From Alphaproteobacteria bacterium (GTDB lineage: Bacteria; Pseudomonadota; Alphaproteobacteria; MPNO01): 64,000 bases of DNA. Shown one piece after another: positions 42,262 through 52,898 of this stretch (position 1 is its first letter; every line of letters starts with the position of its first letter). The stretch spans positions 1,216,001 to 1,280,000 of the forward strand of contig OZ219866.1 of assembly GCA_964291675.2 (NCBI GenBank), given 5' to 3'. Below the pieces are notes generated by a model. That model saw only the letters and a list, made by a program, of their open reading frames with translations, did no database searches and was not told where the DNA came from. The position numbers were made by a program, and so were the translations under genes.

Positions 42262-43653
42262 ATGAGCGGGGAGTGGACCCCCGGTACCTGGCGGTCGAAG
42301 CCGATCCGCCAGGTGCCCGAATATCCCGACCGGGCGGCGCTCGCCGAGGCGGAGGAGCGCTTGCGCGGCTACCCGCCGCTGGTCTTCGCCGGCGAGGCGA
42401 GACGCCTCAAGGCGCAGCTCGCCCAGGTGGCGAAGGGCAAGGCCTTCCTGCTGCAGGGCGGCGACTGCGCGGAGAGCTTCGCCGAGTTCCACCCCGACAA
42501 CATCCGCGACACCTTCCGCGTGATCCTGCAGATGGCGGTGGTGCTGACCTTCGGCGGCGGATGCCCGGTGGTCAAGGTGGGGCGCCTCGCCGGCCAGTTC
42601 GCCAAGCCGCGCTCGGCCGATTTCGAGACCGTCGACGGGGTCGAGCTGCCGAGCTATCGCGGCGACATGATCAACGACATGCCGTTCGACGGCGCCGCCC
42701 GCGCCCCCGACCCGGCGCGCATGGTGCGCGCCTACAACCAGTCGGCGGCGACGCTGAACCTGCTGCGCGCCTTCGCCCAGGGCGGCTATGCCGACCTCCA
42801 CCAGGTGCACAAGTGGAACCTCGACTTCGTCTCCGCCGGGCCGGAGGCGGCGCGCTACGCCGACCTCGCCGACCGGATCGACGAGACGCTGCGCTTCATG
42901 GAAGCCTGCGGGCTGACCTCGGAGACGGTTTCCCAGATCCGCGAGACCGACCTTTACACCTCGCACGAGGCGCTGCTGCTGGGCTACGAGGAGGCGATGA
43001 CCCGGGTCGATTCGACCACCGGCGACTGGTACGACACCTCGGCCCATCTGCTGTGGATCGGCGACCGCACGCGCCAGCTCGACGGCGCCCATGTCGAGTT
43101 CCTGCGCGGCGTCGCCAACCCGGTGGGGCTCAAGCTGGGGCCGAGCTCGGAGACCGACGACCTGCTGCGCCTGATCGACCGGCTCAACCCGGACGATACG
43201 CCCGGCCGGATCACCCTCTATGCGCGCATGGGGGCGGGCAGGGTCGCCGAGCTGCTGCCGCCGCTGCTGCGCGCGGTGAAGGCGGAGGGGCGAAGCGTGG
43301 TCTGGGCCTGCGATCCCATGCACGGCAACACGATCAAGGCGCAGAACGGCTACAAGACGCGGCGCTGCGAGGCGATCCTGTCGGAGGTGCGCGACTTCTT
43401 CGACATCCACCGCGCCGAGGGCACGCATGCCGGCGGCATCCATGTCGAGCTGACCGGCCAGAACGTCACCGAATGCATCGGCGGCGCGCGGGCGGTGACC
43501 GAGGCCAATTTGGCCGACCGCTACCACACCCATTGCGACCCCAGGCTGAACGCGAGCCAGTCGCTCGAGCTCGCCTTCCAGGTCGCCGAGGCGCTGAAGG
43601 CCGAGCGCGACCGGATCAACGGCAGCACCCGATCCGCCGCCGCGGCCGAATAG
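42262..43653 (+). CDS. Class II DAHP synthase
   Basis: [39 protein letters not shown]. Confidence 0.96.
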   Translation: MSGEWTPGTWRSKPIRQVPEYPDRAALAEAEERLRGYPPLVFAGEARRLKAQLAQVAKGKAFLLQGGDCAESFAEFHPDNIRDTFRVILQMAVVLTFGGGCPVVKVGRLAGQFAKPRSADFETVDGVELPSYRGDMINDMPFDGAARAPDPARMVRAYNQSAATLNLLRAFAQGGYADLHQVHKWNLDFVSAGPEAARYADLADRIDETLRFMEACGLTSETVSQIRETDLYTSHEALLLGYEEAMTRVDSTTGDWYDTSAHLLWIGDRTRQLDGAHVEFLRGVANPVGLKLGPSSETDDLLRLIDRLNPDDTPGRITLYARMGAGRVAELLPPLLRAVKAEGRSVVWACDPMHGNTIKAQNGYKTRRCEAILSEVRDFFDIHRAEGTHAGGIHVELTGQNVTECIGGARAVTEANLADRYHTHCDPRLNASQSLELAFQVAEALKAERDRINGSTRSAAAAE

Positions 43654-43683
43654 GCCCGACGCCGTAGCGCCGGCGGATTCGAG

Positions 43684-45345
43684 ATGACCGACGTTCTCCG
43701 CATCGCCCTCGCGCAGCTCAACCCGACCGTCGGCGACGTTCTCGGCAACGCCGCCAGGCTGCGCGGCGCCCATGGGGAGGCGGCCAGGCTCGGCGCCGAT
43801 CTGATGGTCGCCTCGGAGCTCGCGCTCTCGGGCTACCCGCCGGAGGACCTCGTGGTCCGGCCGTCCTTCCAGGAGACCGTGCGCCGCGAGCTCGACGGGC
43901 TCGCGGCTGCGACCGCGCAAGGCGGGCCCGGCATCCTGGTGGGCGCGCCCTGGGTCGAGGACGGGATCGTCTACAACGCGGCCGTGCTGCTCGACGGCGG
44001 GCGGGTCGCCGATATCCGGCGCAAATACGACCTGCCGAATTACGGCGTGTTCGACGAGAAGCGCGTCTTTTCCGCCGGCCCGCTGCCCGGGCCGGTCAAT
44101 TTCCGCGGCGTGCGGCTCGGGGTGATGATCTGCGAGGACATGTGGACCGACGAGGTCACCGAATGCCTGGAGGAGTCCGGCGCCGAGATCCTGGTGGTGA
44201 TCAACGGCTCGCCCTTCGAGGTCGACAAGGCGGATGAGCGCCTCAACCTGGCGGTCGCCCGGGTCACCGAGTCGCGCCTGCCGATCGTCTATGTCAACCA
44301 GGTCGGCGGGCAGGACGAGCTGGTGTTCGACGGCAGCTCCTTCGTGCTGGATTCCGACGCCGCGCTCAGGGGCCAGGCGCCGAGCTGGCGGGAGGACATG
44401 CTGGCCACCTCGTGGCGGCGCGAGAACGGCGCCTGGCAGTGCGCGACCGCCGACCGCCATCCGCCGCCGGAAGGGCTCGCGGCGATCTACGAGGCGATGA
44501 CGCTGGGCCTGCGCGACTACGTGACCAAGAACGGCTTCCCCGGGGTCATCATCGGGCTCTCGGGCGGCATCGATTCCGCGCTCACCGCCGCGGTCGCGGT
44601 CGACGCGCTGGGCGCGGCGCGGGTGCGCTGCGTGATGATGCCCTCGCCCTACACCTCGCCCGAGAGCCTGGAGGACGCGGCAGGGACCGCGCGGCTCCTG
44701 GGCATCGCCCTCGACGAGGTCTCGATCGAGCCCGCCATGGACGCCTTCGATACCATGCTGCGCCCGCTCTTCGGCAATGCCGAGGCCGACACCACGGAAG
44801 AGAACATCCAGGCGCGCTCGCGCGGCATGACCCTGATGGCGCTCTCCAACAAGACCGGCAGCATGGTGCTGTCGACCGGCAACAAGTCCGAGATGTCGGT
44901 CGGCTATGCGACGCTCTATGGCGACATGTGCGGCGGCTATTCGGTGCTCAAGGACGTGTACAAGACGACCGTGTTCGCGCTGGCGCGCTGGCGCAACGCC
45001 AACCTGCCGCCCGGCATGCTGGGCCCCGAGGGCCGGGCGATCCCCGAGCGCATCATCGTCAAGCCGCCCTCGGCCGAGCTCAAGCCCGACCAGCGGGACG
45101 AGGACACGCTGCCGCCCTACGAGGTGCTCGACCGCATCCTCGACGGGCTGGTCGAGCGCGACATGGGCGTCGATGCGGTGGTCGCCGAAGGCTTCGACCG
45201 GGCGCTGGTGCTCCGGGTCTGGCGCATGCTGCTCGGCGCCGAGTACAAGCGCCGCCAGGCGCCGCCGGGCGTCAAGATCACGCGCCGGGCGTTCGGCCGC
45301 GACCGCCGCTACCCGATCGTCAACGCCTTCCGGGGCCGGGACTGA
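43684..45345 (+). CDS. nadE: Glutamine-dependent NAD+ synthetase
   Basis: Nitrilase domain (ICEDMW), SGGIDS, TGNKSE, AEYKRRQ. Confidence 0.96.
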   Translation: MTDVLRIALAQLNPTVGDVLGNAARLRGAHGEAARLGADLMVASELALSGYPPEDLVVRPSFQETVRRELDGLAAATAQGGPGILVGAPWVEDGIVYNAAVLLDGGRVADIRRKYDLPNYGVFDEKRVFSAGPLPGPVNFRGVRLGVMICEDMWTDEVTECLEESGAEILVVINGSPFEVDKADERLNLAVARVTESRLPIVYVNQVGGQDELVFDGSSFVLDSDAALRGQAPSWREDMLATSWRRENGAWQCATADRHPPPEGLAAIYEAMTLGLRDYVTKNGFPGVIIGLSGGIDSALTAAVAVDALGAARVRCVMMPSPYTSPESLEDAAGTARLLGIALDEVSIEPAMDAFDTMLRPLFGNAEADTTEENIQARSRGMTLMALSNKTGSMVLSTGNKSEMSVGYATLYGDMCGGYSVLKDVYKTTVFALARWRNANLPPGMLGPEGRAIPERIIVKPPSAELKPDQRDEDTLPPYEVLDRILDGLVERDMGVDAVVAEGFDRALVLRVWRMLLGAEYKRRQAPPGVKITRRAFGRDRRYPIVNAFRGRD

Positions 45346-45355
45346 GCCCGGGAAA

Positions 45356-46828
45356 ATGGCGCTCGCCCTCTACGACACGCTGAGCCGCGGCAAGCAGCCT
45401 TTCGAGCCCATCGATCCGGGCAATGTCAGGCTCTATGTCTGCGGGCCCACGGTCTACGACTTCGCCCATATCGGCAACGCGCGGCCGGTGGTCGTGTTCG
45501 ACGTGCTGTACCGGCTGCTGCGCCACCTCTACGGCGCGGGCGCGGTGAGATATGTGCGCAACATCACCGACGTGGACGACAAGATCATCGAGGCCGCGCG
45601 CAGCTCGGGCGAGCCGATCGAGGCGGTCACCGGGCGCTTCACCGCGGCGTTTCACGACGACATGGCGGCGCTCGGCGCGCTTGAGCCCGATGTCGAGCCC
45701 AGGGCGACCGGGCATATCGCCGAGATGATCGCGATGATCGAACGGCTGGTCGAGAGGGGCCATGCCTACGCGGCCGAGGGGCATGTGCTGTTCGCGGTCG
45801 CGACGATGGCCGATTACGGCCGGCTCTCGCGCCACAGCCGGGACGAGCTGGTCGCCGGCGCGCGCGTCGAGATCGCGCCCTACAAGCGCGACCCGGCCGA
45901 TTTCGTGCTGTGGAAGCCCTCGGACGCCGACCAGCCCGGCTGGTCGAGCCCGTGGGGGCGCGGCCGGCCCGGCTGGCATCTCGAATGCTCGGCGATGTCG
46001 AAGAAGCATCTCGGCGAGACCTTCGACATCCATGGCGGCGGGCAGGACCTGATCTTCCCGCACCACGAGAACGAGATCGCCCAGTCGACCTGCGCGCACG
46101 GCAAGAAGTTCGTCGGGCTCTGGATGCATAACGGCTACGTCACCGTCGGCGGCGAGAAGATGTCGAAGTCGCTCGGCAACTTCCACACCGTGCACGATTT
46201 GCTGGACCGCGCCCCGGGCGAGGCGATCCGGCTCTCGCTGCTCACGGCGCAGTACCGCCAGCCGCTCGACTTCTCGCTCGACGGGCTGGATCGGGCGAAG
46301 AGCGCGCTCGACCGGCTCTACACCGCGCTCGCCGGCGCAAGCGACGTCGCGCCGGCCGACGACATCGCCGGCGCGGACCCGGTGATCGAGGCGCTGTCCG
46401 ACGACCTCAACACGCCGAGGGCGCTGGCCGAGATGCACGCCCTCGCCGGCATCCTCAACCGGAGCGGCGATGCCGGCGAACGCGCCCGCGCCAAGGCCGG
46501 GCTGATCTTCGCCGGCGGGCTGACGGGCCTGCTCGCCCAGGAACCCGAAAGCTGGCTCAAGGGAAGGCCGCGCCACTTTCGCATCGATGCCGATGGTGTC
46601 TCCCATAACTGGACGGTCTCCGAACCCACTGTGTCCATGTCCCGTGCAACGAAGGACCGGCCAGACCCGGAAGAGTCGGCGATCGAAATCCTGGTCGACA
46701 AGCGGTCGCGGGCCCGCAGGGCGAAAAACTTCGCCGAAGCCGACCGGATCCGCGACGCGCTGATGAGCGAGTACAACGTGGTCGTCGAGGATGGACCCGA
46801 CGGCAGCAGCGAATGGCGGCGGGCATGA
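45356..46828 (+). CDS. cysS: Cysteine--tRNA ligase
   Basis: CGPTVY, HIGN, PGWHLEC, KMSKS. Confidence 0.97.
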   Translation: MALALYDTLSRGKQPFEPIDPGNVRLYVCGPTVYDFAHIGNARPVVVFDVLYRLLRHLYGAGAVRYVRNITDVDDKIIEAARSSGEPIEAVTGRFTAAFHDDMAALGALEPDVEPRATGHIAEMIAMIERLVERGHAYAAEGHVLFAVATMADYGRLSRHSRDELVAGARVEIAPYKRDPADFVLWKPSDADQPGWSSPWGRGRPGWHLECSAMSKKHLGETFDIHGGGQDLIFPHHENEIAQSTCAHGKKFVGLWMHNGYVTVGGEKMSKSLGNFHTVHDLLDRAPGEAIRLSLLTAQYRQPLDFSLDGLDRAKSALDRLYTALAGASDVAPADDIAGADPVIEALSDDLNTPRALAEMHALAGILNRSGDAGERARAKAGLIFAGGLTGLLAQEPESWLKGRPRHFRIDADGVSHNWTVSEPTVSMSRATKDRPDPEESAIEILVDKRSRARRAKNFAEADRIRDALMSEYNVVVEDGPDGSSEWRRA

Positions 46829-48417
46829 GCGAGCGCATCTGGCTCTTCGACTCCACGCTGCGCGACGGCGCGCAGACGCAGGGCGTCGATTTCGGGGTCG
46901 CCGACAAGGCCGCGGTGGCGCGCGCGCTCGACCGGCTCGGCATCGACTATGTCGAGGGCGGCTGGCCCGGCGCCAACCCGACCGACGATGCGTTCTTCGC
47001 CGAGCCGCCGGCGCTCAAGCGGGCCCGCTTCACCGCCTTCGGGATGACGCGCAGGCAGGGGCGGAGCGCCGAGAACGATCCGGGGCTCGCCGCGCTGGTC
47101 GACGCCCGCGCACCGGTCGTCTGCATCGTCGGCAAGACCTGGGACTTCCACGTCCGCACCGCGCTCGGCGTGGAGCTGGACGAGAACGTGGCCATGATCG
47201 CCGACTCGATCGCCCATCTCGCGCGGACCAAGGACGAGGCGATGTTCGACGCCGAGCATTTCTTCGACGGCTACAAGGCGAATCCCGGGTTCGCGCTCGA
47301 CTGCGTGAAGGCGGCGCACGGGGCGGGCGCGCGCTGGGTGGTGCTGTGCGACACCAACGGCGGCACGCTCCCCCACGAGGTCGAGCGCATCACGGGCGAG
47401 GTCGCCCGGCACGTCCCCGGAGCCGCGCTCGGCATCCACTGCCACAACGACACCGAGAACGCGGTCGCCAACTCGCTCGCCGCGGTGCGCGCCGGCGCGC
47501 GCCAGGTGCAGGGCACGCTCAACGGGCTCGGCGAGCGCTGCGGCAACGCCAATTTGATCTCGCTGATCCCGAGCCTGGTGCTCAAGATGGGCTACGAGAC
47601 CGGCATCGACGAGGCGGGGCTGGCGGAGCTCACGCCCACCTCGCGGCTGCTCGACGAGCGGCTCAACCGGGCGCCCTTGCGCAACGCCGCCTATGTCGGC
47701 GCCTCCGCCTTCGCCCACAAGGGCGGGCTGCACGTCTCGGCGATCGAGAAGGACCCCCGCACCTACGAGCACATCGACCCGGCGCTGGTCGGCAACGAGC
47801 GTCAGATCGTCGTCTCCGACCAGGCCGGGCGGTCCAACATCCTTGCCAGATTTCGCAAGATCGGGCTCGACATCGACCCGAAGAACCCGAAGCTTCCGCG
47901 CCTGCTGGAAGAGGTGAAGCGGCGCGAGTTCGAGGGCTACGCCTATGACGGGGCGGGCGCCAGCTTCGAGCTCCTGGCGCGGCGCACCCTGGGCTCGGTG
48001 CCGGAGTTCTTCCGCCTGCACAGCTTCCGGGTGTTCGACGAGCGGCGCTGGAACGCGCGCGGCGAGCTGATCACGCTCTCGGAGGCCACCGTCAAGGTCG
48101 ACATGGGCAACGACCGCCACATGGCGGTGGCCGAGGGCAACGGGCCGGTCAACGCGCTCGACGGGGCGCTGCGCAAGGTGCTGATCCCGTTCTATCCCGG
48201 GCTCGGCGCGCTCCGGCTGGTCGACTACAAGGTGCGCATCCTCACCCCCGGCGACGGCACCGCCGCGGTCACCCGGGTGATGATCGAGAGCGGCGACGGC
48301 GAGAGCGAGAGCTGGAGCGCGGTCGGCGTGTCGACCAACGTGATCGACGCCTCGTTCAACGCGCTCTACGACTCGATCACCTACAAGCTGATGCGCGACG
48401 GCGTCGGCCCCGCCTGA
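46825..48417 (+). CDS. cimA: Citramalate synthase
   Basis: DSTLRDGAQ, DAEHFFDG, HCHND, FAHKGG, GNGPV. Confidence 0.92.
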   Translation: MSERIWLFDSTLRDGAQTQGVDFGVADKAAVARALDRLGIDYVEGGWPGANPTDDAFFAEPPALKRARFTAFGMTRRQGRSAENDPGLAALVDARAPVVCIVGKTWDFHVRTALGVELDENVAMIADSIAHLARTKDEAMFDAEHFFDGYKANPGFALDCVKAAHGAGARWVVLCDTNGGTLPHEVERITGEVARHVPGAALGIHCHNDTENAVANSLAAVRAGARQVQGTLNGLGERCGNANLISLIPSLVLKMGYETGIDEAGLAELTPTSRLLDERLNRAPLRNAAYVGASAFAHKGGLHVSAIEKDPRTYEHIDPALVGNERQIVVSDQAGRSNILARFRKIGLDIDPKNPKLPRLLEEVKRREFEGYAYDGAGASFELLARRTLGSVPEFFRLHSFRVFDERRWNARGELITLSEATVKVDMGNDRHMAVAEGNGPVNALDGALRKVLIPFYPGLGALRLVDYKVRILTPGDGTAAVTRVMIESGDGESESWSAVGVSTNVIDASFNALYDSITYKLMRDGVGPA

Positions 48418-49211
48418 TGGCGGGCACCGACCGCAGCCGCCGCGCGGTCGCCGCCGCCGACCCGCACGCCCCGGTTGTCGTCCTGGTCGAGCCGCAGCTC
48501 GGCGAGAATATCGGCGCGGCGGCCCGCGCGATGCTCAATTTCGGCCTGACCGACCTGCGCCTGGTGGCGCCGCGCGGCGACTGGCCCAGCCGGAAGGCGA
48601 TCGCCACCGCCTCGGGGGCGGAGGCGGTGCTGGACCGGGCGAGGCTGTTCCCGACCGCCGAGGCGGCTGTCGGCGACATCCGCCACGTCTTCGCCACCAC
48701 CGCGCGGGTGCGCGACATGGTGAAGCCGGTGCTGACTCCGCGCGCGGCGGCCCGCCGGCTGCGCGACTGCCACGCCGCGGGGGAGCGTTCGGCCCTCCTG
48801 TTCGGGCGCGAGAAGAGCGGGCTCCACAACGACGACGCCGCGCGCGCCGAGGCGCTGGTGATCGTGCCGGCCAACCCGGCCTATTCGTCGATCAACCTCG
48901 CCCAGGCGGTGCTGCTGATCGGCTATGAATGGTTCCAGGCCGACCCGTCCCTCGCGGACGGCGCCGACCGGCTGACGCGGAAGGGCGCGCAGGCCGCGAC
49001 CCAGCGGGAGATCCAGGACCTGTTCGACCATCTCGAAGCCGAGCTCGATGCCTGCGGCTTCCTCTACCCGCCCGACAAGCGGCCCAGGATGGTGCGCAAC
49101 ATCCGCAACATCTTCACCCGCGCCGACCTCACCGACCAGGAGGTGCGCACGCTCCGGGGCATCATAGTCGGGCTGACCGGCAGGCGCGCCGGCGAGGCCG
49201 GCGATGAGTGA
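48417..49211 (+). CDS. trmJ: TrmJ-family SPOUT RNA methyltransferase
   Basis: GENIGAAARAMLNFG, FGREKSGL, SINLAQAV. Confidence 0.9.
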   Translation: MAGTDRSRRAVAAADPHAPVVVLVEPQLGENIGAAARAMLNFGLTDLRLVAPRGDWPSRKAIATASGAEAVLDRARLFPTAEAAVGDIRHVFATTARVRDMVKPVLTPRAAARRLRDCHAAGERSALLFGREKSGLHNDDAARAEALVIVPANPAYSSINLAQAVLLIGYEWFQADPSLADGADRLTRKGAQAATQREIQDLFDHLEAELDACGFLYPPDKRPRMVRNIRNIFTRADLTDQEVRTLRGIIVGLTGRRAGEAGDE

Positions 49212-49377
49212 GCTCGCGCCCGGCATGCGGGTGCGCCACCCGGCGCTCCCCGATTGGGGGCTGGGCCAGGTGCAGTCGGTCGACGGCGCGCGCGTGACCG
49301 TCAATTTCGAGCACGCCGGCAAGCAGCTCATCAACACCGAGGCGGTCGCGCTGGAGGCGGTGGACTTGCCGCCCTGA
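49204..49377 (+). CDS. DUF3553-like small protein (57 aa)
   Basis: PGMRVRHPALPDWGLGQVQS...TVNFEHAGK; not in the ORF track (under 60 aa). Confidence 0.85.
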   Translation: MSELAPGMRVRHPALPDWGLGQVQSVDGARVTVNFEHAGKQLINTEAVALEAVDLPP

Positions 49378-49457
49378 ACGACGGCCTTCGGCCGCGGCTT
49401 GCTTTACCGGGGCACCGCTCTGGCGTAGCATCGCCGCCCGGGCTGGAGGACCGCGCG

Positions 49458-50126
49458 ATGGCGAAGGGCGAGGAGGCCCGCGTTGCCCTGACCTTGAAAC
49501 TCGGGCCTGACAAAGTGCCGGCCCAGGTGTTTCTCAAGGCGGTTCGCACCTTTGCCGACATGCTGGCCGATCTCGCGCGCGAGGCGAGGACGGACGCACG
49601 GACCGTGGGGTGGGAGATTTCCGTCGAGCAGGGCAGCCAGATCCTGAGAGCCGAAATAGGTCGGGACGCCGCAATCGATGTCGCGCGAAGCGTTCTCGCC
49701 ACCATCGAGCGTCCACCTGCCCGGGTGAAGCGACGGTTCCGGGAATTGTCCAGGCTTCCCATCGAAGACACGAAGCTGTGGGCAGGAGAAAACCGCAACG
49801 ACCTGTTGCAGGAGGTCGACGCGGAACCGCCCGAGCCCTTCCACGAATACGGAACCGTCGAAGGCGAGCTTTCCACCCTGAGCAACAGGGGAGGGCCGCA
49901 CTTCACGATCTACGAGCCGATCTGGGATACCGGCGTGCGCTGCACCGTTCCCGATGAGCTCGTCGCCTCGATGCAGGAAATGTGGACCAGGCGCGTGGCG
50001 GCGCACGGCCTGATCCACTACGACGCCGAAGGCCACCCACTCAGCATCAGGGCCGAACGGGTCGAGGCCTATCCGTGCGACGAGACACCCTTGGAAGAAT
50101 ATCGCGGGCTGCTCTCCACGGATTGA
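49458..50126 (+). CDS. Hypothetical protein (possible C-terminal OB fold), partner of a PIN gene
   Basis: GGAGG RBS; 222 aa; YGTVEGEL...VAAHG pattern; TGATG coupling to the PIN remnant. Confidence 0.7.
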   Translation: MAKGEEARVALTLKLGPDKVPAQVFLKAVRTFADMLADLAREARTDARTVGWEISVEQGSQILRAEIGRDAAIDVARSVLATIERPPARVKRRFRELSRLPIEDTKLWAGENRNDLLQEVDAEPPEPFHEYGTVEGELSTLSNRGGPHFTIYEPIWDTGVRCTVPDELVASMQEMWTRRVAAHGLIHYDAEGHPLSIRAERVEAYPCDETPLEEYRGLLSTD

Positions 50127-50305
50127 TGGTCGAGCGCAGGTATTGGGACTCCGACTGTTTCCTCGGCTGGCTGCAGGACGAGCCGGGGAAGGCCGATGTT
50201 CTCAATACCTTCGACAAGGCGCTGATAGGCAAGAGCAGACGGACGGGCGACTCGCTGGCGATCGCGGAGCCGAGCGTGCCGGAACCGGAGCTCGACCTTG
50301 AATGA
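50126..50305 (+). pseudogene. PIN-domain toxin remnant with in-frame internal deletion (59 aa)
   Basis: N-terminal RRYWDSDCFLGWL joined directly to C-terminal LNTFDKAL; central acidic motifs missing. Confidence 0.65.
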
Positions 50306-50464
50306 CTGCCCGCAATGCTGGCATGGACACCTGCGAGAAGGAGTTCGGTCGCGTGATCGGCGCGCGCGTGACCGTCAATTTCGAGCACGCCGGCAAGCTG
50401 CTCATCAACACCGAGGCGGTCGCGCTGGAGGCGGTGGACTTGCCGCCCTGAACCGGAGCCTTGG

Positions 50465-50493
50465 TTGACAATCGTCATAGTGCTTATTACAGT
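50465..50493 (+). promoter_or_regulatory. Sigma70 promoter of higBA (likely leaderless mRNA)
   Basis: TTGACA-N17-TACAGT, with ATG 6 nt downstream and no RBS. Confidence 0.6.
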
Positions 50494-50498
50494 CTGCC

Positions 50499-50777
50499 AT
50501 GATACGAGGCTTCCGAAGCAGGGCGCTCAGGCGGTTCATGGAACGCGGCGAAGGGCGGCGGATCCTGCCCGAGCACCGCGAGGCCGTGGCTGACATTCTG
50601 GCGCGGCTGAATGCGTCGAGCGGTCCGGCCGACATGGATCTGCCCGGCTTTCGGCTTCACCGGCTCAAGGGAGACCTCGCCGGGCTATGGGCCGTGACGG
50701 TGCGCGCCAACTGGCGCATCGTCTTTCGCTTCGAAGACGGCCATGCGGTCGATGTGGACTATCTCGACTATCACTGA
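50499..50777 (+). CDS. higB: HigB/RelE-family toxin
   Basis: PGFRLHRLKG...WAVTVRANWRIVFRF...DYLDYH. Confidence 0.93.
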   Translation: MIRGFRSRALRRFMERGEGRRILPEHREAVADILARLNASSGPADMDLPGFRLHRLKGDLAGLWAVTVRANWRIVFRFEDGHAVDVDYLDYH

Positions 50778-50789
50778 AGGGGGGCCTCG

Positions 50790-51098
50790 ATGCTCATGCA
50801 CAACCCGCCCCATCCCGGCGGCGTTATCCGGCGCCAGTGCCTGGAGCCCCTGGGACTGACGGTCACCGAGGCGGCGAAGGGCCTCGGGGTCTCGCGCAAC
50901 ACGCTCTCGATGCTGCTCAACGGCAGGCTCGGCATCTCGCCCGAGATGGCGATCCGGCTCTCCGAGGCATTCGGCGGCAGCCCGGAGAGCTGGCTGCAGC
51001 AGCAGATGCAGTACGATCTGTGGCACGCGCAGCAGAACCGCGAGGGCGTCCCGGTCCGCAGATTCGCCGCCGCGGAACGCATCGCTCCTACGTTCTGA
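50790..51098 (+). CDS. higA: HigA-family antitoxin
   Basis: HNPPHPG...[13 protein letters not shown]...ISPEMAIRL...WLQQQ. Confidence 0.93.
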   Translation: MLMHNPPHPGGVIRRQCLEPLGLTVTEAAKGLGVSRNTLSMLLNGRLGISPEMAIRLSEAFGGSPESWLQQQMQYDLWHAQQNREGVPVRRFAAAERIAPTF

Positions 51099-51185
51099 GC
51101 CCGGACAATATTTTGACGGCGGCCCGTGCGAACCGCTAGGTTCGCGGCGGGACGAGTTTCGAGGCTGCGGCAGCCGGGAGAGGTC

Positions 51186-52895
51186 ATGGCGGAAGGCGCG
51201 CGCGTGGTTCGCGCATACGGGCATCCCGGCTCGGCCCGCACCAGGGCGCGGCCCCTGACCAAGGGCCGCCAGCTCGACCCGGCGGCGGTCGAGCGCGTGC
51301 GCGCGCTGCTCGGCGACCGGCCGCGCCGGCGCGACCTGCTGATCGAGCATCTGCACCTGATCCAGGACTCGCAAGGCTGCCTCGCGCCCGACGACATGGC
51401 GGCGCTCGCCGACGAGATGAAGCTCGCGCTCACCGAAATCTACGAGACGGCGACGTTCTACGCCCATTTCGACGTGCTCGACGACGGGGAGGCGCGCCCG
51501 CCGCCGCTGACCGTCCGGGTCTGCGACTCGCTCACCTGCGAGATGATGGGCGCGGACGCGCTGATCGCGGCTCTGGAGGGGAGCGCGGGCGAGGGCGTGC
51601 GCATCGTTCGCGCGCCCTGCATCGGCGCCTGCGACCGCGCGCCGGCGGCGGAAGTCGGCCACAACCAGATGTCGAACGCGACCGCAGACCGGGTCGTCGC
51701 CGCGCTCTCGGACGGCAGGACCGAGCCGGAAATTCCCGACTATGTCGGGTTCGACGACTATGTCGCGGGCGGCGGCTATGCGGTGCTCCGCGAGTGCCGC
51801 GACGGGTCCCGGCCGGTCGAGGGGGTGATCGAGGCGCTGGAGAGCTCCAGCCTGCGCGGGCTCGGCGGCGCCGGCTTCCCGACCGGGCGCAAATGGACCT
51901 TCGTCCGCGCCGAGCCGGGCCCCCGCTATCTCGCGGTCAACGCCGACGAGGGCGAGCCCGGCACCTTCAAGGACCGCTATTTCCTCGAGACCGACCCGCA
52001 CCGCTTCCTCGAAGGCATGCTGATCGCCGACTGGGCGGTCGAGGCGGAAGAGACCTATGTCTATCTGCGCGACGAGTACCCGGTCGTCCGAGAAATCCTG
52101 ATCGAGGAGATCGCCCGGCTGGAGCGGGAAGGCCTGGCTGCGCCCGGCTCCATCGTGCTCCGGCGCGGCGCCGGCGCCTATATCTGCGGCGAGGAATCGG
52201 CGATGCTCGAAAGCATCGAGGGCAAGCGCGGCCTGCCGCGCCACAAGCCGCCCTTCCCGGCCCAGGTCGGGCTGTTCGGCCAGCCGACGCTGATCAACAA
52301 CGTCGAGACGCTGTACTGGGTGCCCGACATCCTGGCCAACGGGCCGGACTGGTTCGCCGGCAAGGGCCGCAACGGGCGCAAGGGCCTGCGCACCTTCTCG
52401 GTCTCCGGCCGGGTGAAGGAGCCCGGCGTCAAGATCGCCGAGGCCGGAATCACCGCGCGCGAGCTGATCGACGAGTATTGCGGCGGCATGGCGGACGGCC
52501 ACGTCTTCAAGGGCTATTTGCCGGGCGGCGCCTCGGGCGGCATCCTGCCGGCCCACATGGCGGACATCCCGCTCGATTTCGGCACGCTGGAAGAGCATGG
52601 CTGCCTGATCGGCTCGGCCGCGGTGATCGTGCTGTCGGACCGCGACTCGGCGGCCGATGCGGCGCTCAACCTGATGCGCTTCTTCGAGGACGAGAGCTGC
52701 GGCCAGTGCACGCCGTGCCGCGCCGGCTGCGAGAAATCGGTCGGGCTGATGCGCCGGCCGAGATGGGACGAGCCGTTGCTGCGCGAGCTCAGCCGGGCGA
52801 TGATCGACGCCTCGATCTGCGGCCTGGGCCAGGCGGCGCCCAACGGGCTGTTATCGGCGCTCAAACACTTCCCCCAGGACATACCGGACGGTTAG
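51186..52895 (+). CDS. NAD-dependent formate dehydrogenase beta subunit (NuoE-NuoF-like fusion)
   Basis: VCDSLTC/CIGAC 2Fe-2S, GLGGAGFPTG, NADEGEPG, ESCGQCTPC. Confidence 0.93.
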   Translation: MAEGARVVRAYGHPGSARTRARPLTKGRQLDPAAVERVRALLGDRPRRRDLLIEHLHLIQDSQGCLAPDDMAALADEMKLALTEIYETATFYAHFDVLDDGEARPPPLTVRVCDSLTCEMMGADALIAALEGSAGEGVRIVRAPCIGACDRAPAAEVGHNQMSNATADRVVAALSDGRTEPEIPDYVGFDDYVAGGGYAVLRECRDGSRPVEGVIEALESSSLRGLGGAGFPTGRKWTFVRAEPGPRYLAVNADEGEPGTFKDRYFLETDPHRFLEGMLIADWAVEAEETYVYLRDEYPVVREILIEEIARLEREGLAAPGSIVLRRGAGAYICGEESAMLESIEGKRGLPRHKPPFPAQVGLFGQPTLINNVETLYWVPDILANGPDWFAGKGRNGRKGLRTFSVSGRVKEPGVKIAEAGITARELIDEYCGGMADGHVFKGYLPGGASGGILPAHMADIPLDFGTLEEHGCLIGSAAVIVLSDRDSAADAALNLMRFFEDESCGQCTPCRAGCEKSVGLMRRPRWDEPLLRELSRAMIDASICGLGQAAPNGLLSALKHFPQDIPDG

Positions 52896-52898
52896 GCC

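Larger units (their letters stand above)
49284..50453 (+). repeat. 96-bp direct repeat (49284-49379 and 50358-50453, one mismatch) duplicating the DUF3553 3' end
   Basis: Direct sequence comparison; differs only at CAG/CTG. Confidence 0.95.
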
